From positions 1 to 64,000 of IMG/VR virus record IMGVR_UViG_3300048033_001096: a DNA stretch of 64,000 bases; one strand, given 5' to 3'. Position 1 is the first letter of the stretch, and each line of letters begins with the position of its first letter. The position numbers and the translations under genes were made by a program. This stretch comes from a virus. Positions 46,224 through 56,571 of this stretch are shown one piece after another. A model generated the notes under the pieces. The model did not search any database, had not been told where the DNA came from, and worked only from the letters and a program-made list of their open reading frames with translations.

Positions 46224-47517
46224 CAAAAAGTTGAATAAATTTACCGTCCATTTTCTTATTAAAGAATTTTTCTTTATTTTTCTTTAAAAAAGGTTTAATC
46301 TCATTTATTATATTATCAATTTCGTCTTTAGGAAGTTTTTCTATATGTTTTATATTTCTTACTATATATTCTACTCTTTTTACAGAATAATATATTGTAT
46401 CATATTTTTGATCAACTAATTCATTAAACGTAAAATAACCTTCATTGTTAAGATAAGCAACTGAGTCAACTGGTCCTATAATAGCAAACGGATGTCCAAT
46501 TGCAATATGTTGCCAGGTTCTTAAATCAGTACTTAAACTTGCAACTTCCGGTTTGTATTCTGTATTAAAATTAATATCGTGTTCGGCACAAATTATTGTA
46601 AACAAAGAATCAGTATAATGTTTAATATCATATTCTAAAATGTCTTCTGCTTGTTTTATTTTAGAATCATACTTTTCTATATGTTTGATTGTTCCTAATT
46701 TTTGATGTTTTTCAACTGTCGATTTTTTAGGATCAACATATGCTGTTGTTAATTCTTTTTTTAGTTTATATTTTTCTAAAATAAAATTAAAATATCCATT
46801 ATCGTAAGTTTGCTTGTTTATTAATTCTAACAATAAAGATATATCATGATCTCGCTTAGACGTTGATACATTAAAAATTTTAGTTGGATTCCAGTTATCT
46901 AAGTCAAGTTTCTCATCGTTTGATTTTTTTAAAAACTTGTCTGTATGAGAAATCCAATGTAAACTAGACTCGTTGTTACGGACTTTAAATATTAGCTGTC
47001 CGTAAACTTGCCACCAATCAAATCCATAAACATGTTTTGTGTCTAATAAATTTCTATACACATTGTTTAGTTCGCCTAACACAATATAGATATTATCTTT
47101 ATCTATTCCAGATTCTACTAGCTCGTTAATTCGTTCTTTTAATAATTTAATATAATACGAGCCGCCGGTAATTCTCGGCGCAAGAATTAATAATTTCATC
47201 TTACCTTTTTTAATTAACGATTTTGCTCTAGCTGACGGAACATTAGACAAGTTTCTATTCCAGCCATAATGAAAATGGTTTAATTCTATAGGATAAAATA
47301 AATTCTTTGCAAACTTGGCTTTTTTGGTATACAATTTAGCAGCAACTTTATGTGCTTTCATTACGAAATAAAATGTGTTAAATTTTGCAATAGGCGAATG
47401 TGTGCGATAATTTTTAACATACGGAATTTGTCGAGCATCATTAGTTAATGCAATTTCTTCAGCACCATTTGGAGCAGGCACTCCATCTATAATATTATCG
47501 TAGTATAAGTTTATCAT
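46204..47517 (-). CDS. Hypothetical protein, distant relative of 17318..18394 (GT-like)
   Basis: SLFTIICAE...IAIGHPFAIIG...GYFTF...YD segment parallels the C-terminus of 17318..18394. Confidence 0.55.
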   Translation of the reverse strand: MINLYYDNIIDGVPAPNGAEEIALTNDARQIPYVKNYRTHSPIAKFNTFYFVMKAHKVAAKLYTKKAKFAKNLFYPIELNHFHYGWNRNLSNVPSARAKSLIKKGKMKLLILAPRITGGSYYIKLLKERINELVESGIDKDNIYIVLGELNNVYRNLLDTKHVYGFDWWQVYGQLIFKVRNNESSLHWISHTDKFLKKSNDEKLDLDNWNPTKIFNVSTSKRDHDISLLLELINKQTYDNGYFNFILEKYKLKKELTTAYVDPKKSTVEKHQKLGTIKHIEKYDSKIKQAEDILEYDIKHYTDSLFTIICAEHDINFNTEYKPEVASLSTDLRTWQHIAIGHPFAIIGPVDSVAYLNNEGYFTFNELVDQKYDTIYYSVKRVEYIVRNIKHIEKLPKDEIDNIINEIKPFLKKNKEKFFNKKMDGKFIQLFVDMMYE

Positions 47518-48673
47518 GCCAGTCTTTAAATATCTCTGCGTAACTTTGTTTGCGTATAACATCTAAGCGTTCGTTTTCTTTAAAAAATTGCTCAAATGCT
47601 AGTGGGTTTGGTTCTTGACTTAAAAAATTATTTATACTGTCATAGAACGGCATACCTGCAATCTTGTCTAGTACTGCACGTTTAGCATGATCGGGTGCAT
47701 TTGCTGCACTGTAATAGTTAGGATGGTGTACCATGTTATGCGAAACATATACACCTTTACTTCTAAAGAACTCCCAAAACTCTTTAATATAATAAATATT
47801 CATTATGCTTATTGTTTGCAAGACATAGCACTTATGTCCAAGACTATGTAGCCAGTCAAATGCTTTAATAGTATTATCCCATTTAGCAGGATGGCGTAAG
47901 TAAGTATTGCGATCTTCCAAACAATCAATACTTACCATAAATTCAACTTGTGCAAATTTGTTCCACAAATCTATGTACTTGTCATTTATAATTGTGCTGT
48001 TAGTACTATAAACTAATGTAATATTCTTAGCTAAGTCTTTATCAATAAGAAACTCTAAAAACTTCATATGTTTGTCTACAAGCAATGGTTCTCCGCCATT
48101 GATATAGACTTTACGTGTATTGTCACAATGTTCTGCTAAGTTAGCCCAAAAACGTTCGTCTAAAGGCCAGTCAAACATACTCTGCGGCATGTCAAATTTA
48201 CGCTCGTTTAGTTTTTCCCAATCACGTATCCATTTAGAACTGCTTTGTGGATTACATGAGCGACATGCTAGGTTGCATATATTACCTAAACGTAGCTCAA
48301 TAAATTCAAAGCTAACTTTGTCTAGTGTTCCGTCTGCTTGTGTAATACTGTGTGCATCATCTATGCTAAAGTCTAGTAAATTAGTGTCACGGGTGCGTTT
48401 GCTTTCGTTACCTAATTCTTCTAATTTATAACACTTAGCACAAGGCGCCGGTTTTTTACCGTCTAGCATGTCTTTGCGTACTTGTTTAAACAAGTCGCTA
48501 TTCATAATTTTATCAAAGTCGTACTCTGTGTTGTGTAGTGTGATAAACTCACGTGGCAAGTTTTGCGATTCACTTGCACGATTAGTCATATCGCTTTCGC
48601 AACAAAGTGTAACACTACCGTGTGGATGTGTTGCTAGGTGTGTCCACGGTAATGGGCAAAATGTTTTACTCAA
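47495..48673 (-). CDS. Radical SAM enzyme with N-terminal Cys module
   Basis: FCPLPW...LCC...CAKC; CNLACRSC; NGGEP; probable TTG start. Confidence 0.9.
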   Translation of the reverse strand: MSKTFCPLPWTHLATHPHGSVTLCCESDMTNRASESQNLPREFITLHNTEYDFDKIMNSDLFKQVRKDMLDGKKPAPCAKCYKLEELGNESKRTRDTNLLDFSIDDAHSITQADGTLDKVSFEFIELRLGNICNLACRSCNPQSSSKWIRDWEKLNERKFDMPQSMFDWPLDERFWANLAEHCDNTRKVYINGGEPLLVDKHMKFLEFLIDKDLAKNITLVYSTNSTIINDKYIDLWNKFAQVEFMVSIDCLEDRNTYLRHPAKWDNTIKAFDWLHSLGHKCYVLQTISIMNIYYIKEFWEFFRSKGVYVSHNMVHHPNYYSAANAPDHAKRAVLDKIAGMPFYDSINNFLSQEPNPLAFEQFFKENERLDVIRKQSYAEIFKDWHDKLILR

Positions 48674-49979
48674 TGCTATCCCACCATTCCTTGCCTGCGT
48701 CACTTAGTGTGTCTCTAAATGTGACATCTTGTGTTCTAATACTTTCTAAGAACAATATGTTCTTCTTACCTCTGCGCCAGCCGTCTGCATAGTTAATGTA
48801 TTCTTCTTCAAATGTTTTGCGCTCTAGCATATTTTCAAGTGTTTCTTGATAGACACGAGTTTTATGTGTTACTCTAGGCTTGATATAGTCCAACAGTTTG
48901 TGTATTTGTTCATCTAATACATGTCTCGGCAAACACATAGGACTCATAAGTACACTAGGATCAAATGCAAAGGTAATTTTAAAGTAGCTCTTTACATCTA
49001 GCTCGGTAACTACGTCGAACATACGCTGTAAATCAAAAAGTCCTGGTGTTGTTAGTGTAACATCAAACACCATTGCGTCATTGCCGTACTTGTCAATAAG
49101 AAACATACCATCTTTAAAGTTTTGTAGCCACTCGTTCCATTTGAGTCCTGTTCTAATGTACTCGCCAACAGCACCTACACCGTCTATACTGGCACAAATA
49201 TTAACACGTTTAAAGTTGTCTAACATTTCATACAGTTTATAGTCTTTGTAGTGTGTCCTACTCAAGTTTGTATTGTAGCGTACAACTACATCTTGGCTTT
49301 TTCCTTCATTAACTAGCTGTTGCATAATGCGCCAATGTATGTCATACATAAGTGGCTCGCCGCCTACCCAGTATAACTCCTCTACAATGCCTTTATCAAC
49401 TGCTGTTTGTAGTTCTGTTTCAAGAACTTCCTTTTGAAATGTAGCAATCTTCTTTCGTGTATCAGGTTGCATCCATTTTTCACGATCAAGGTTGACTACA
49501 TTGTGTTTTATCTTTTCTGTTTCCCAACTAGAGCTTAGTTGCTCGCCACACATACGACATTTAAAGTTGCACAAGTTTGAAATACGATAGTCATAACTTA
49601 TAGGCTGCATAGTTGTATAACCATCAGAGTCGGTTTTTGCAATAATATCGTCGATTTTGTGTGGGAAAAGTGTGTTAGTAAAATAATTTTTGTATGTATG
49701 AAGATTTAGTACTTGATTATTGCAAACATCGCATTGACTAATCTTCTCTCCTGCAAGAATGCGTTTTCTAATGTCTTTCATGTATTCGCTATTCCAGTGT
49801 TCTTCTAGACTTACTGGTGCAAATTCTGCATTGTCGTTGTCGCCTGCGTCTATATATTGCTTTTGAAAACTTGCATCTTCACGACTTGCACAACACAATC
49901 TACGCTCGCCTTGCGGGCTAACGTATGTATGTGTCCAAGGTGCTGTACAAAAGTATGGTCCTAAGTTTTTATCAGTCAT
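48666..49979 (-). CDS. Radical SAM enzyme with N-terminal Cys module
   Basis: FCTAPW...LCC...CDVC; CNFKCRMC; VGGEP; SIDG. Confidence 0.9.
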   Translation of the reverse strand: MTDKNLGPYFCTAPWTHTYVSPQGERRLCCASREDASFQKQYIDAGDNDNAEFAPVSLEEHWNSEYMKDIRKRILAGEKISQCDVCNNQVLNLHTYKNYFTNTLFPHKIDDIIAKTDSDGYTTMQPISYDYRISNLCNFKCRMCGEQLSSSWETEKIKHNVVNLDREKWMQPDTRKKIATFQKEVLETELQTAVDKGIVEELYWVGGEPLMYDIHWRIMQQLVNEGKSQDVVVRYNTNLSRTHYKDYKLYEMLDNFKRVNICASIDGVGAVGEYIRTGLKWNEWLQNFKDGMFLIDKYGNDAMVFDVTLTTPGLFDLQRMFDVVTELDVKSYFKITFAFDPSVLMSPMCLPRHVLDEQIHKLLDYIKPRVTHKTRVYQETLENMLERKTFEEEYINYADGWRRGKKNILFLESIRTQDVTFRDTLSDAGKEWWDSIE

Positions 49980-50973
49980 TTATATGTTGTAATACCAAAT
50001 CTTCATAATCTTTGTCAAATCGTCCATAAGAATAATAATAAGAGTCTTCGATACCATCTTCAATTAATGTAATTTTGTCTACATCATCAAATTTTCCTTG
50101 AATATGTTGTTTTACAAAATCATGGTCAATGTCAACAACAGATCCTAATTTTGCAAACCCAAGTCTTAAAGACTTATCATTAATATCTAATCCTTGATTA
50201 ATTATCCAGTTATTAAAATCATTTATAGTATCTTGCCCCATGTCTGGCGATAATCGTAATAAACAGTCTCCAGACAAAAGTTTTATAGGTTCTACATGCT
50301 CGTCATCTAATTCTTCGTCTTCTTCAACAAATGCTTCAAAGTGTGTTTTACCAATTTGAGGATATCCTAACAGTACATCTCCAAACTTAACATCTGTTCT
50401 AAATAACTCATCAAACACACTAGGTAATTTTTCTAAATTTTTAGGTGCTCGGTGCCAAGATACATTAACATGAATTCTTCCATCACCGGTTTGTTGTAAA
50501 ACTGTATGTAATTCATGTACTTCAAGATTTAAACGACAAATTGCAGCACGTACTTCTGGTGTTGCAATATACATATAATTTGATGTATTGTGTGCAGGGC
50601 CTGAAAGTATTGGAAAATAATTATGTATAGTATTCATTTTTTTATTATTAGGACCGTGTTTGAAATCTTCCAAACTTAATCTTTCAGAAATATCAGGATT
50701 TTTGCTTACAGAAAAATGTTTGTTACTGTTTTCAACAAAGTCGTATTTAGAGATAGTATCTAATGTACTATTAATCTTGTCTATCATTTCTTCTACAGTT
50801 AAAACACTTTCTCCCATAAAAAGATGTTCTTTTTTAAGAAAGGCTTTAGATTTTAGTTCGTATTTAAATCTATCAAGCCATAAATCAACAGCAGGATGTT
50901 GATCTAACTTAATGCTTACTTCCATAGGCTGAATGGACGAATCTCTGCTATTTCTAAATCTTAGTTTTATCAT
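49972..50973 (-). CDS. Hypothetical protein
   Basis: 333-aa ORF within the radical SAM run; no recognised motif. Confidence 0.8.
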   Translation of the reverse strand: MIKLRFRNSRDSSIQPMEVSIKLDQHPAVDLWLDRFKYELKSKAFLKKEHLFMGESVLTVEEMIDKINSTLDTISKYDFVENSNKHFSVSKNPDISERLSLEDFKHGPNNKKMNTIHNYFPILSGPAHNTSNYMYIATPEVRAAICRLNLEVHELHTVLQQTGDGRIHVNVSWHRAPKNLEKLPSVFDELFRTDVKFGDVLLGYPQIGKTHFEAFVEEDEELDDEHVEPIKLLSGDCLLRLSPDMGQDTINDFNNWIINQGLDINDKSLRLGFAKLGSVVDIDHDFVKQHIQGKFDDVDKITLIEDGIEDSYYYSYGRFDKDYEDLVLQHIND

Positions 50974-50986
50974 CTTTAACTTTCTA

Positions 50987-52435
50987 TTAGTCGTATGCTG
51001 CCAATGGTTGCTCTATATTTTTATTGTCCGGCTTTAGTATCCAACCTTCTTTTTCAGCAAGTTCCATAATACTTGCATCAGTATCTGGAATGCTTTCTAC
51101 CCAGTCTGTTAGTATTTTAGGAAATACATGAATACTTTTATTTCTACGAACATCGTACTGCTGGTAAAACGTTTTAAAATCACGCCAAAGTGTAGTAGGA
51201 TTACTTGTACGTCTATGCGGAGCATCTACAGTAACAAGATAATCTATTAGTCGTTCAATACTTGCCTTTTCAAATTCGTGCCAACCTTCTTTATGCTTAT
51301 TTTCTTCCCACCAGGTACTTAATTTATCATGACAATAATCTTTAATATGATTAGGTAATGCTAGTGGACTTTGGAAACTTGGAAAACGTAATAAGTTTAA
51401 ACTTACAGTTGGCGTTCTGCTTTGTGTAAGTTCTTTTAGTTTGTATACTTCATCTAAAAAGTCAGTAATACTAAACAAGCACAAACTGTTAATTGTCATC
51501 ATAATATGTACACCTTTAGTATTTGCTTCTGTTAATACACGCTTGATGTTAGTTAACCATTGCTCGTACACTAGTCCGTCACGAATGTATTCTGCTTGTG
51601 CGCCTACTGCTTCGCAACTTGTATATAATTCAAAGTGATTCATGCCTTGTGTTTTAGCAATCAACTTGTCAACAATATCTTTTTTGGCAATTAAGTTGCT
51701 GTTAATTGCAAAGCGCATATCACTATCTTGTTCGTTAAACCAATCAAATAGTTTCCAAGTGTTAGCACTCATTAAAGGTTCGCCACCAGTAATACGCAGT
51801 TCTTCTAAACTATCCGACAATCCATTATCCCACCATTTCCAAAATGCTTGAATGTAAGGATTGTCTTCGTCGTCTTTGTAGGGCTGTGTCCACGAACCGT
51901 CTTGACGGAATGCGCCGGCGCCGTCGCTTACAAGATTAGTGTATTCACCGTTCTTTTTAATGTCTTTGGCCCATGTAGTAGAAAAACTAGCATTACAATA
52001 CGAACATGCAAGATTACAAGTTCTATCAAATGCAATTTCAAATGTTTTTAGATTAACATTTTCGTGGTGATCCATATCATACGCACGTTGTAATTCTTCG
52101 TCTGAATAGATAATGCTCTTAAAAGTTCTATCACTAACAGCATCTTTTTTCATATCTTCCATTTTCCAACAATATTCGCACTCGGCTGGACGTTCGCCTG
52201 TTTGCATCATACGGCGCATTTCTTTTTTGTGCTTAGTATTGTGAATAGCGGTGTAGTCTTCTTCTACTTCAATTACTGGAATTTTATGTGCCGGCGGGTG
52301 ATGACAACTTGCTGTTGTGCCGCTGCCTAACCAAGTAGTTGCGTTAAACCATTTGGCTCCACAAAAACTTTTACTTTTACTATCTAGTACTCTATCTCTA
52401 TACTGTTGTAGTGTTTCGTCAGATTTTTTAGCCAT
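50987..52435 (-). CDS. Radical SAM enzyme with N-terminal C/CHHP module
   Basis: FCGAKW...SCHHP...CEYC; CNLACSYC; ITGGEP. Confidence 0.9.
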   Translation of the reverse strand: MAKKSDETLQQYRDRVLDSKSKSFCGAKWFNATTWLGSGTTASCHHPPAHKIPVIEVEEDYTAIHNTKHKKEMRRMMQTGERPAECEYCWKMEDMKKDAVSDRTFKSIIYSDEELQRAYDMDHHENVNLKTFEIAFDRTCNLACSYCNASFSTTWAKDIKKNGEYTNLVSDGAGAFRQDGSWTQPYKDDEDNPYIQAFWKWWDNGLSDSLEELRITGGEPLMSANTWKLFDWFNEQDSDMRFAINSNLIAKKDIVDKLIAKTQGMNHFELYTSCEAVGAQAEYIRDGLVYEQWLTNIKRVLTEANTKGVHIMMTINSLCLFSITDFLDEVYKLKELTQSRTPTVSLNLLRFPSFQSPLALPNHIKDYCHDKLSTWWEENKHKEGWHEFEKASIERLIDYLVTVDAPHRRTSNPTTLWRDFKTFYQQYDVRRNKSIHVFPKILTDWVESIPDTDASIMELAEKEGWILKPDNKNIEQPLAAYD

Positions 52436-53801
52436 TCCATTCCTCTAATAAGTGTGCATATTGCGGAAATATTTCTGCAAAATCTTTATTTCTTCTCTTA
52501 TCGTATGTATGTATGTATCGTACAAAGTCTTGTCTGTGTTCTATTGCTGGCTGCGATGTACGAAGGTAGTCACACAAACGTTTTATCTGATCCCATTCTT
52601 CAAGATATAGTCTAGCATACTTTTCTTTTGAATAATATTTTAACCATTGTTCGCACATCAGTTGAATAGTATTTGCTGTTTTTTCTCTATCTTCTATATC
52701 TAATAGTGTACATTGTAAATGCGGAGGCCAGTGCATAATATTAATACTTAAAGGAATTCTATTATGTTCAAAAGTTGTATTATATAATTTACGAAAATCC
52801 ATAACTAACATTATAAAATCAAGAAATGTTGATAAACTTAAAATATTAACAGTTGTCATAATTGCAACTGTGCTTTTAGTTTCTTTTAAAATACGCTCTG
52901 TATTTTCAATCCAACTGTAATAATTTAGTCCATCTCGTGCGTACTCAGCTTGTCTGCCTGTGCTTTCTAAACTTGTATACACATCTACTTTAACACCTAC
53001 TTCTGCAAGAGCATTAATTTTTTCAATTAACTTGTCAATTAATTTAGTTTCTACACATGCATTGGTATTGATTGCAACATCTAAGCCTTTGCGTGGATTT
53101 TCAATTAGATAGTCTAGCAACTTCCATGTATCTTTTGACATTGTAGGCTCACCGCCTGTAATGCGCAATACTTTTAAATGCGGAAGTGCATCAGGAAACC
53201 ATTTCCAAAATGCTTCTACATAAGGATTATGTTCTCTATTTAGATAAGGCATTTTGCCTGATTTTTCTAAGTAGTCTAAATGATGGGCGCCGTGCTTAGT
53301 TGGGTACGGTCCGTGCTGTTTTACATCTTCCATCCATTTGCTACTGATTTCGGGCGAACAGTACGCACATGCAAAATTGCAAGCATTACTAAACGAAACT
53401 TCTAAATAACTTGGATATACGTTTTCTGCAGGGTCACTAGATGCTATTTCTTCAAATCTATCCCATGCCCACGTATCTGATGTTTTATAATGTCTATCAC
53501 TAAAATATGTTTTATCTAAATCTTCAATCTTCCAACAGTAACCGCACTCGCTAGGACGTTCTCCGTTTAGCATCTTAGCACGTTGTTCTTTTTTAAACTT
53601 GCTGTTGTGTAGTGCTGCTGGATCTGCTTCAATTTCTTCTAGTGGAATCTTATGAGGTGCAGGATGGTGACAACTGTGGTTATAACCGTTCTGAAGCATA
53701 AGTGTAGTTTGTAGCCATTTAGCCGTACAGAAACTACAACTAACGTTGTTTATCTTTTCACGTTTCTCTTCTAGTATTTTTATACGTTCTTCGTTACTCA
53801 T
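52428..53801 (-). CDS. Radical SAM enzyme with N-terminal C/CHHP module (tandem paralog)
   Basis: FCTAKW...SCHHP...CGYC; CNFACAYC; NPYVEAFWKW; ITGGEP. Confidence 0.9.
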   Translation of the reverse strand: MSNEERIKILEEKREKINNVSCSFCTAKWLQTTLMLQNGYNHSCHHPAPHKIPLEEIEADPAALHNSKFKKEQRAKMLNGERPSECGYCWKIEDLDKTYFSDRHYKTSDTWAWDRFEEIASSDPAENVYPSYLEVSFSNACNFACAYCSPEISSKWMEDVKQHGPYPTKHGAHHLDYLEKSGKMPYLNREHNPYVEAFWKWFPDALPHLKVLRITGGEPTMSKDTWKLLDYLIENPRKGLDVAINTNACVETKLIDKLIEKINALAEVGVKVDVYTSLESTGRQAEYARDGLNYYSWIENTERILKETKSTVAIMTTVNILSLSTFLDFIMLVMDFRKLYNTTFEHNRIPLSINIMHWPPHLQCTLLDIEDREKTANTIQLMCEQWLKYYSKEKYARLYLEEWDQIKRLCDYLRTSQPAIEHRQDFVRYIHTYDKRRNKDFAEIFPQYAHLLEEWNG

Positions 53802-54298
53802 TTTAAAAGATACTTAAAGTTTTGTGTTGTACTGTTAATAGCAATTTGTTTGGCTCCGTTTCTAATATGAAAGTGTGTTGCCATAGGAGTGAGCGGAGAG
53901 AGTGTAACTAGGTTCTTTACTTCTGGTTTTGTTTTTATATGTTCTGCAAGTTTGTGTATCAGCTCTTTTCCTGCACCACGTTTACGGCTCCAAATAGTAT
54001 ATGCTATTGCAGTGTCTGCATCATTTTTATAAAATGCATTTTGACTCATTAAGTCAAGTTCTTTTACACTAGTAGGAATATCGTTAGTGTATGCTACACA
54101 AACAACACCTTCTATGTCACCTTCATACTTGAGCCCGTAAATTTTACGTCCACAAGCTGTTCGCCATTCTACATCAAGTTCAGGACGTACAGGATCTTCT
54201 GTTACATCTATATCTTCTAACTCAACTAGTTCTGTACCTTTAACCCATCTAAAAAATCCGTCTAGTGTACCTTTATATTTTTCTACATTTTTATTCAT
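53798..54298 (-). CDS. GNAT-like protein resembling the malonyl-CoA decarboxylase catalytic domain
   Basis: VCVAYTNDIP, DTAIAYTI, GAGKELI and VTLSP motifs. Confidence 0.55.
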   Translation of the reverse strand: MNKNVEKYKGTLDGFFRWVKGTELVELEDIDVTEDPVRPELDVEWRTACGRKIYGLKYEGDIEGVVCVAYTNDIPTSVKELDLMSQNAFYKNDADTAIAYTIWSRKRGAGKELIHKLAEHIKTKPEVKNLVTLSPLTPMATHFHIRNGAKQIAINSTTQNFKYLLK

Positions 54299-55191
54299 TT
54301 AGCTCTCCGTAAAATTCTAGCACTGTTTTGATACACTTGTTTAAAGAACTTACTTTGCTCGTCGTCTAACGGTTTAGTAGAAATATCAACTCCTGTGCCT
54401 TTAAGTATTTCTAAACCTAAACGCTCTGCTTCTTCCTGTGGGTTTAAATTTTTTACATCACTTTCCCAAAAGTTGTTTAGCCATTCAAAGTCACGTACAT
54501 TAGCATAGTCCCAGTCTGTACAGTTTGTCATATAACAACCTTGTCGTGCGCCTAGTATGCTCCACATACCATTTTCTACATCTGCACCTATTTGACTCCA
54601 TATAAGCAGTCTGTCATAATTCTGCCACCATACTGTGCGTAAGTCATCTACTTTTGCGCCTTGATCCAAAGACATCTTAACGCCTTCCCTAAAGCCAGCC
54701 CGCCAAGCCTGCCAAGGTGTCGCATTAGTATAAGAAACACTGTAGTTTTCGTTAAACTGATAATATTTGTTGTCGAAGCAGAATTCAACTTTGCCACGTT
54801 CGTCTCCTTCTTCTGAGTTTTCGTGCGTTTTCATATTGTGTACAAATTTACGTGTCCACATTTTAAGTCCGCCGTTTCCGTACATTAATCCATTAACATG
54901 TACTTTGCCGCACCAACTAAACACATGGTCAGGAGTAACACCTAATTCTTCAATGTCCACTTCTTGGTTAAGAAACTCTTGGTCAATAATATTATCAGCA
55001 TCTACTGTAACAAAGTATTCTGTTTCAGACAAGTCAGCACAGGCTTTATGTGCAGCATCACTTCCGTGTACGCCGTGTACTCGTTTAGCCCATGGAATTT
55101 TGCTACACAAATCTGCATAGTTTTTTTCAGCATTAGGCTCATCGTAACTAAGGAATATTATATCTTGATCTACTATTTTAATTTTTGACAT
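54295..55191 (-). CDS. GT-A glycosyltransferase-like protein
   Basis: IIFLSYDEPNA...RVHGV.G...FVTVDADN (DxD), YGNGG.K, AWRAGFRE; paralog of the C-domain of 44254..46188. Confidence 0.7.
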   Translation of the reverse strand: MSKIKIVDQDIIFLSYDEPNAEKNYADLCSKIPWAKRVHGVHGSDAAHKACADLSETEYFVTVDADNIIDQEFLNQEVDIEELGVTPDHVFSWCGKVHVNGLMYGNGGLKMWTRKFVHNMKTHENSEEGDERGKVEFCFDNKYYQFNENYSVSYTNATPWQAWRAGFREGVKMSLDQGAKVDDLRTVWWQNYDRLLIWSQIGADVENGMWSILGARQGCYMTNCTDWDYANVRDFEWLNNFWESDVKNLNPQEEAERLGLEILKGTGVDISTKPLDDEQSKFFKQVYQNSARILRRAK

Positions 55192-55748
55192 TAACTTTCC
55201 ACTATATGATTATAATTTTCAAAGGCTTTACCACAGTATACACTCACATCCTGTCTTTGAGCAACTTCTTTTTTTGTATGGTTAATAACTTTTCTATCAC
55301 CATTCATAATATCAGAAAAGTTTACTTCAAGTGTATCTAATAACACATTAGGATCATTTTCGTCTGTTACAAACAGTCTATGAATTTTATCTTTATAGTA
55401 AAGCGTACTTTTTAATATTTTTTTCAACCCGTCTGATGCACTTGCGGTCCAGGTGCCTTCGGTAATATTTTGCGTAATATAAAAAACTAAATTATGATCA
55501 ATTTTGCCTTTTACTAATTGATGTATACTTTTATCAACATCAAAATCTTCTAAACTTGAGTGTTTGAATTTTAGTTCAAACATAGAATCAGTTTCGCTTG
55601 GAACTACTATATAATCTTCAAAATTCTTTCGACATTCAGCAAAATCATACAATAACGATTTATCAATTTCCATATACGGAGAACTTTCATCTAAAACATT
55701 TCCAGCCTTCCATATAGTACCGTTTTCTCTAAAGTTAAGATAATACAT
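55191..55748 (-). CDS. Hypothetical protein
   Basis: 185-aa ORF coupled on both sides. Confidence 0.75.
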   Translation of the reverse strand: MYYLNFRENGTIWKAGNVLDESSPYMEIDKSLLYDFAECRKNFEDYIVVPSETDSMFELKFKHSSLEDFDVDKSIHQLVKGKIDHNLVFYITQNITEGTWTASASDGLKKILKSTLYYKDKIHRLFVTDENDPNVLLDTLEVNFSDIMNGDRKVINHTKKEVAQRQDVSVYCGKAFENYNHIVES

Positions 55749-56571
55749 AATCTAATTTCTCTATAATAGTATCTGTTAAGAACTCGTCTTCAACATAGTG
55801 CAATAATCCTGTTTGTAAAAAATTACCTAATAGTAAATTTCCATCATTTCTATAATATTTTCCAACTACAGATGTCCACTTTTCTGGTACATTTTTCCAA
55901 TTTTGTACATGAGGTTTCATGTGTGTAAATGTAATATAGCTGTTTGGACTTGTAATCTCTTTTTCATTTCCTAGTATTTTACAAGCAATAGCTGCACAAA
56001 CATCAACACTACACCATTTTTGATATCTTTCTTTAGCATATTTGCTGTAAAAAAGTTCCCAGTTATTCATTATAATTTCTAACAAGGTATAAAATTCTTT
56101 TGCAGTATCACCTTTTTTAAAATAATGCAATGCGCTGTATAAGTTAGGTAAATTATTAGCATCAAACGTTTTTCTATAAAATCTATTAGTTACAACTTCA
56201 TTTCTATAAGTTTTAACATTACTAGTAAAAAATAAATTGTATTTGTCTAATTCTTTCCACCAATGTGTTATATCACTTAAAATAAGCATATCTGCTTCAA
56301 GTACAATTGTTTGTTCGTATGGACTAGCATGATACACCTTCCATCTATTTTGTATCTTCCAATCTGATTGTAGAGCGCCGTCAGACCAAGGGATAGGAAT
56401 AATCTTATCAAATACTTTTTGCCATTCGTCTGGCACTATATCATTAGTAATTAAACTAATGCGCTGTCCAGTATTATACTTGTGCAAACTTAATGCTAAA
56501 GCATGAGCTTGTTTTATATAATCTGTCTTTCCGTTATTTTGAGCTAACAAACAAAACCCTTTACTCATCAT
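55735..56571 (-). CDS. Glycosyltransferase-like protein (GT-A, GT8-like)
   Basis: ALALSL, ISLITN, SPYEQTIVLEADML, YSALHYFKK. Confidence 0.65.
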   Translation of the reverse strand: MMSKGFCLLAQNNGKTDYIKQAHALALSLHKYNTGQRISLITNDIVPDEWQKVFDKIIPIPWSDGALQSDWKIQNRWKVYHASPYEQTIVLEADMLILSDITHWWKELDKYNLFFTSNVKTYRNEVVTNRFYRKTFDANNLPNLYSALHYFKKGDTAKEFYTLLEIIMNNWELFYSKYAKERYQKWCSVDVCAAIACKILGNEKEITSPNSYITFTHMKPHVQNWKNVPEKWTSVVGKYYRNDGNLLLGNFLQTGLLHYVEDEFLTDTIIEKLDYVLS

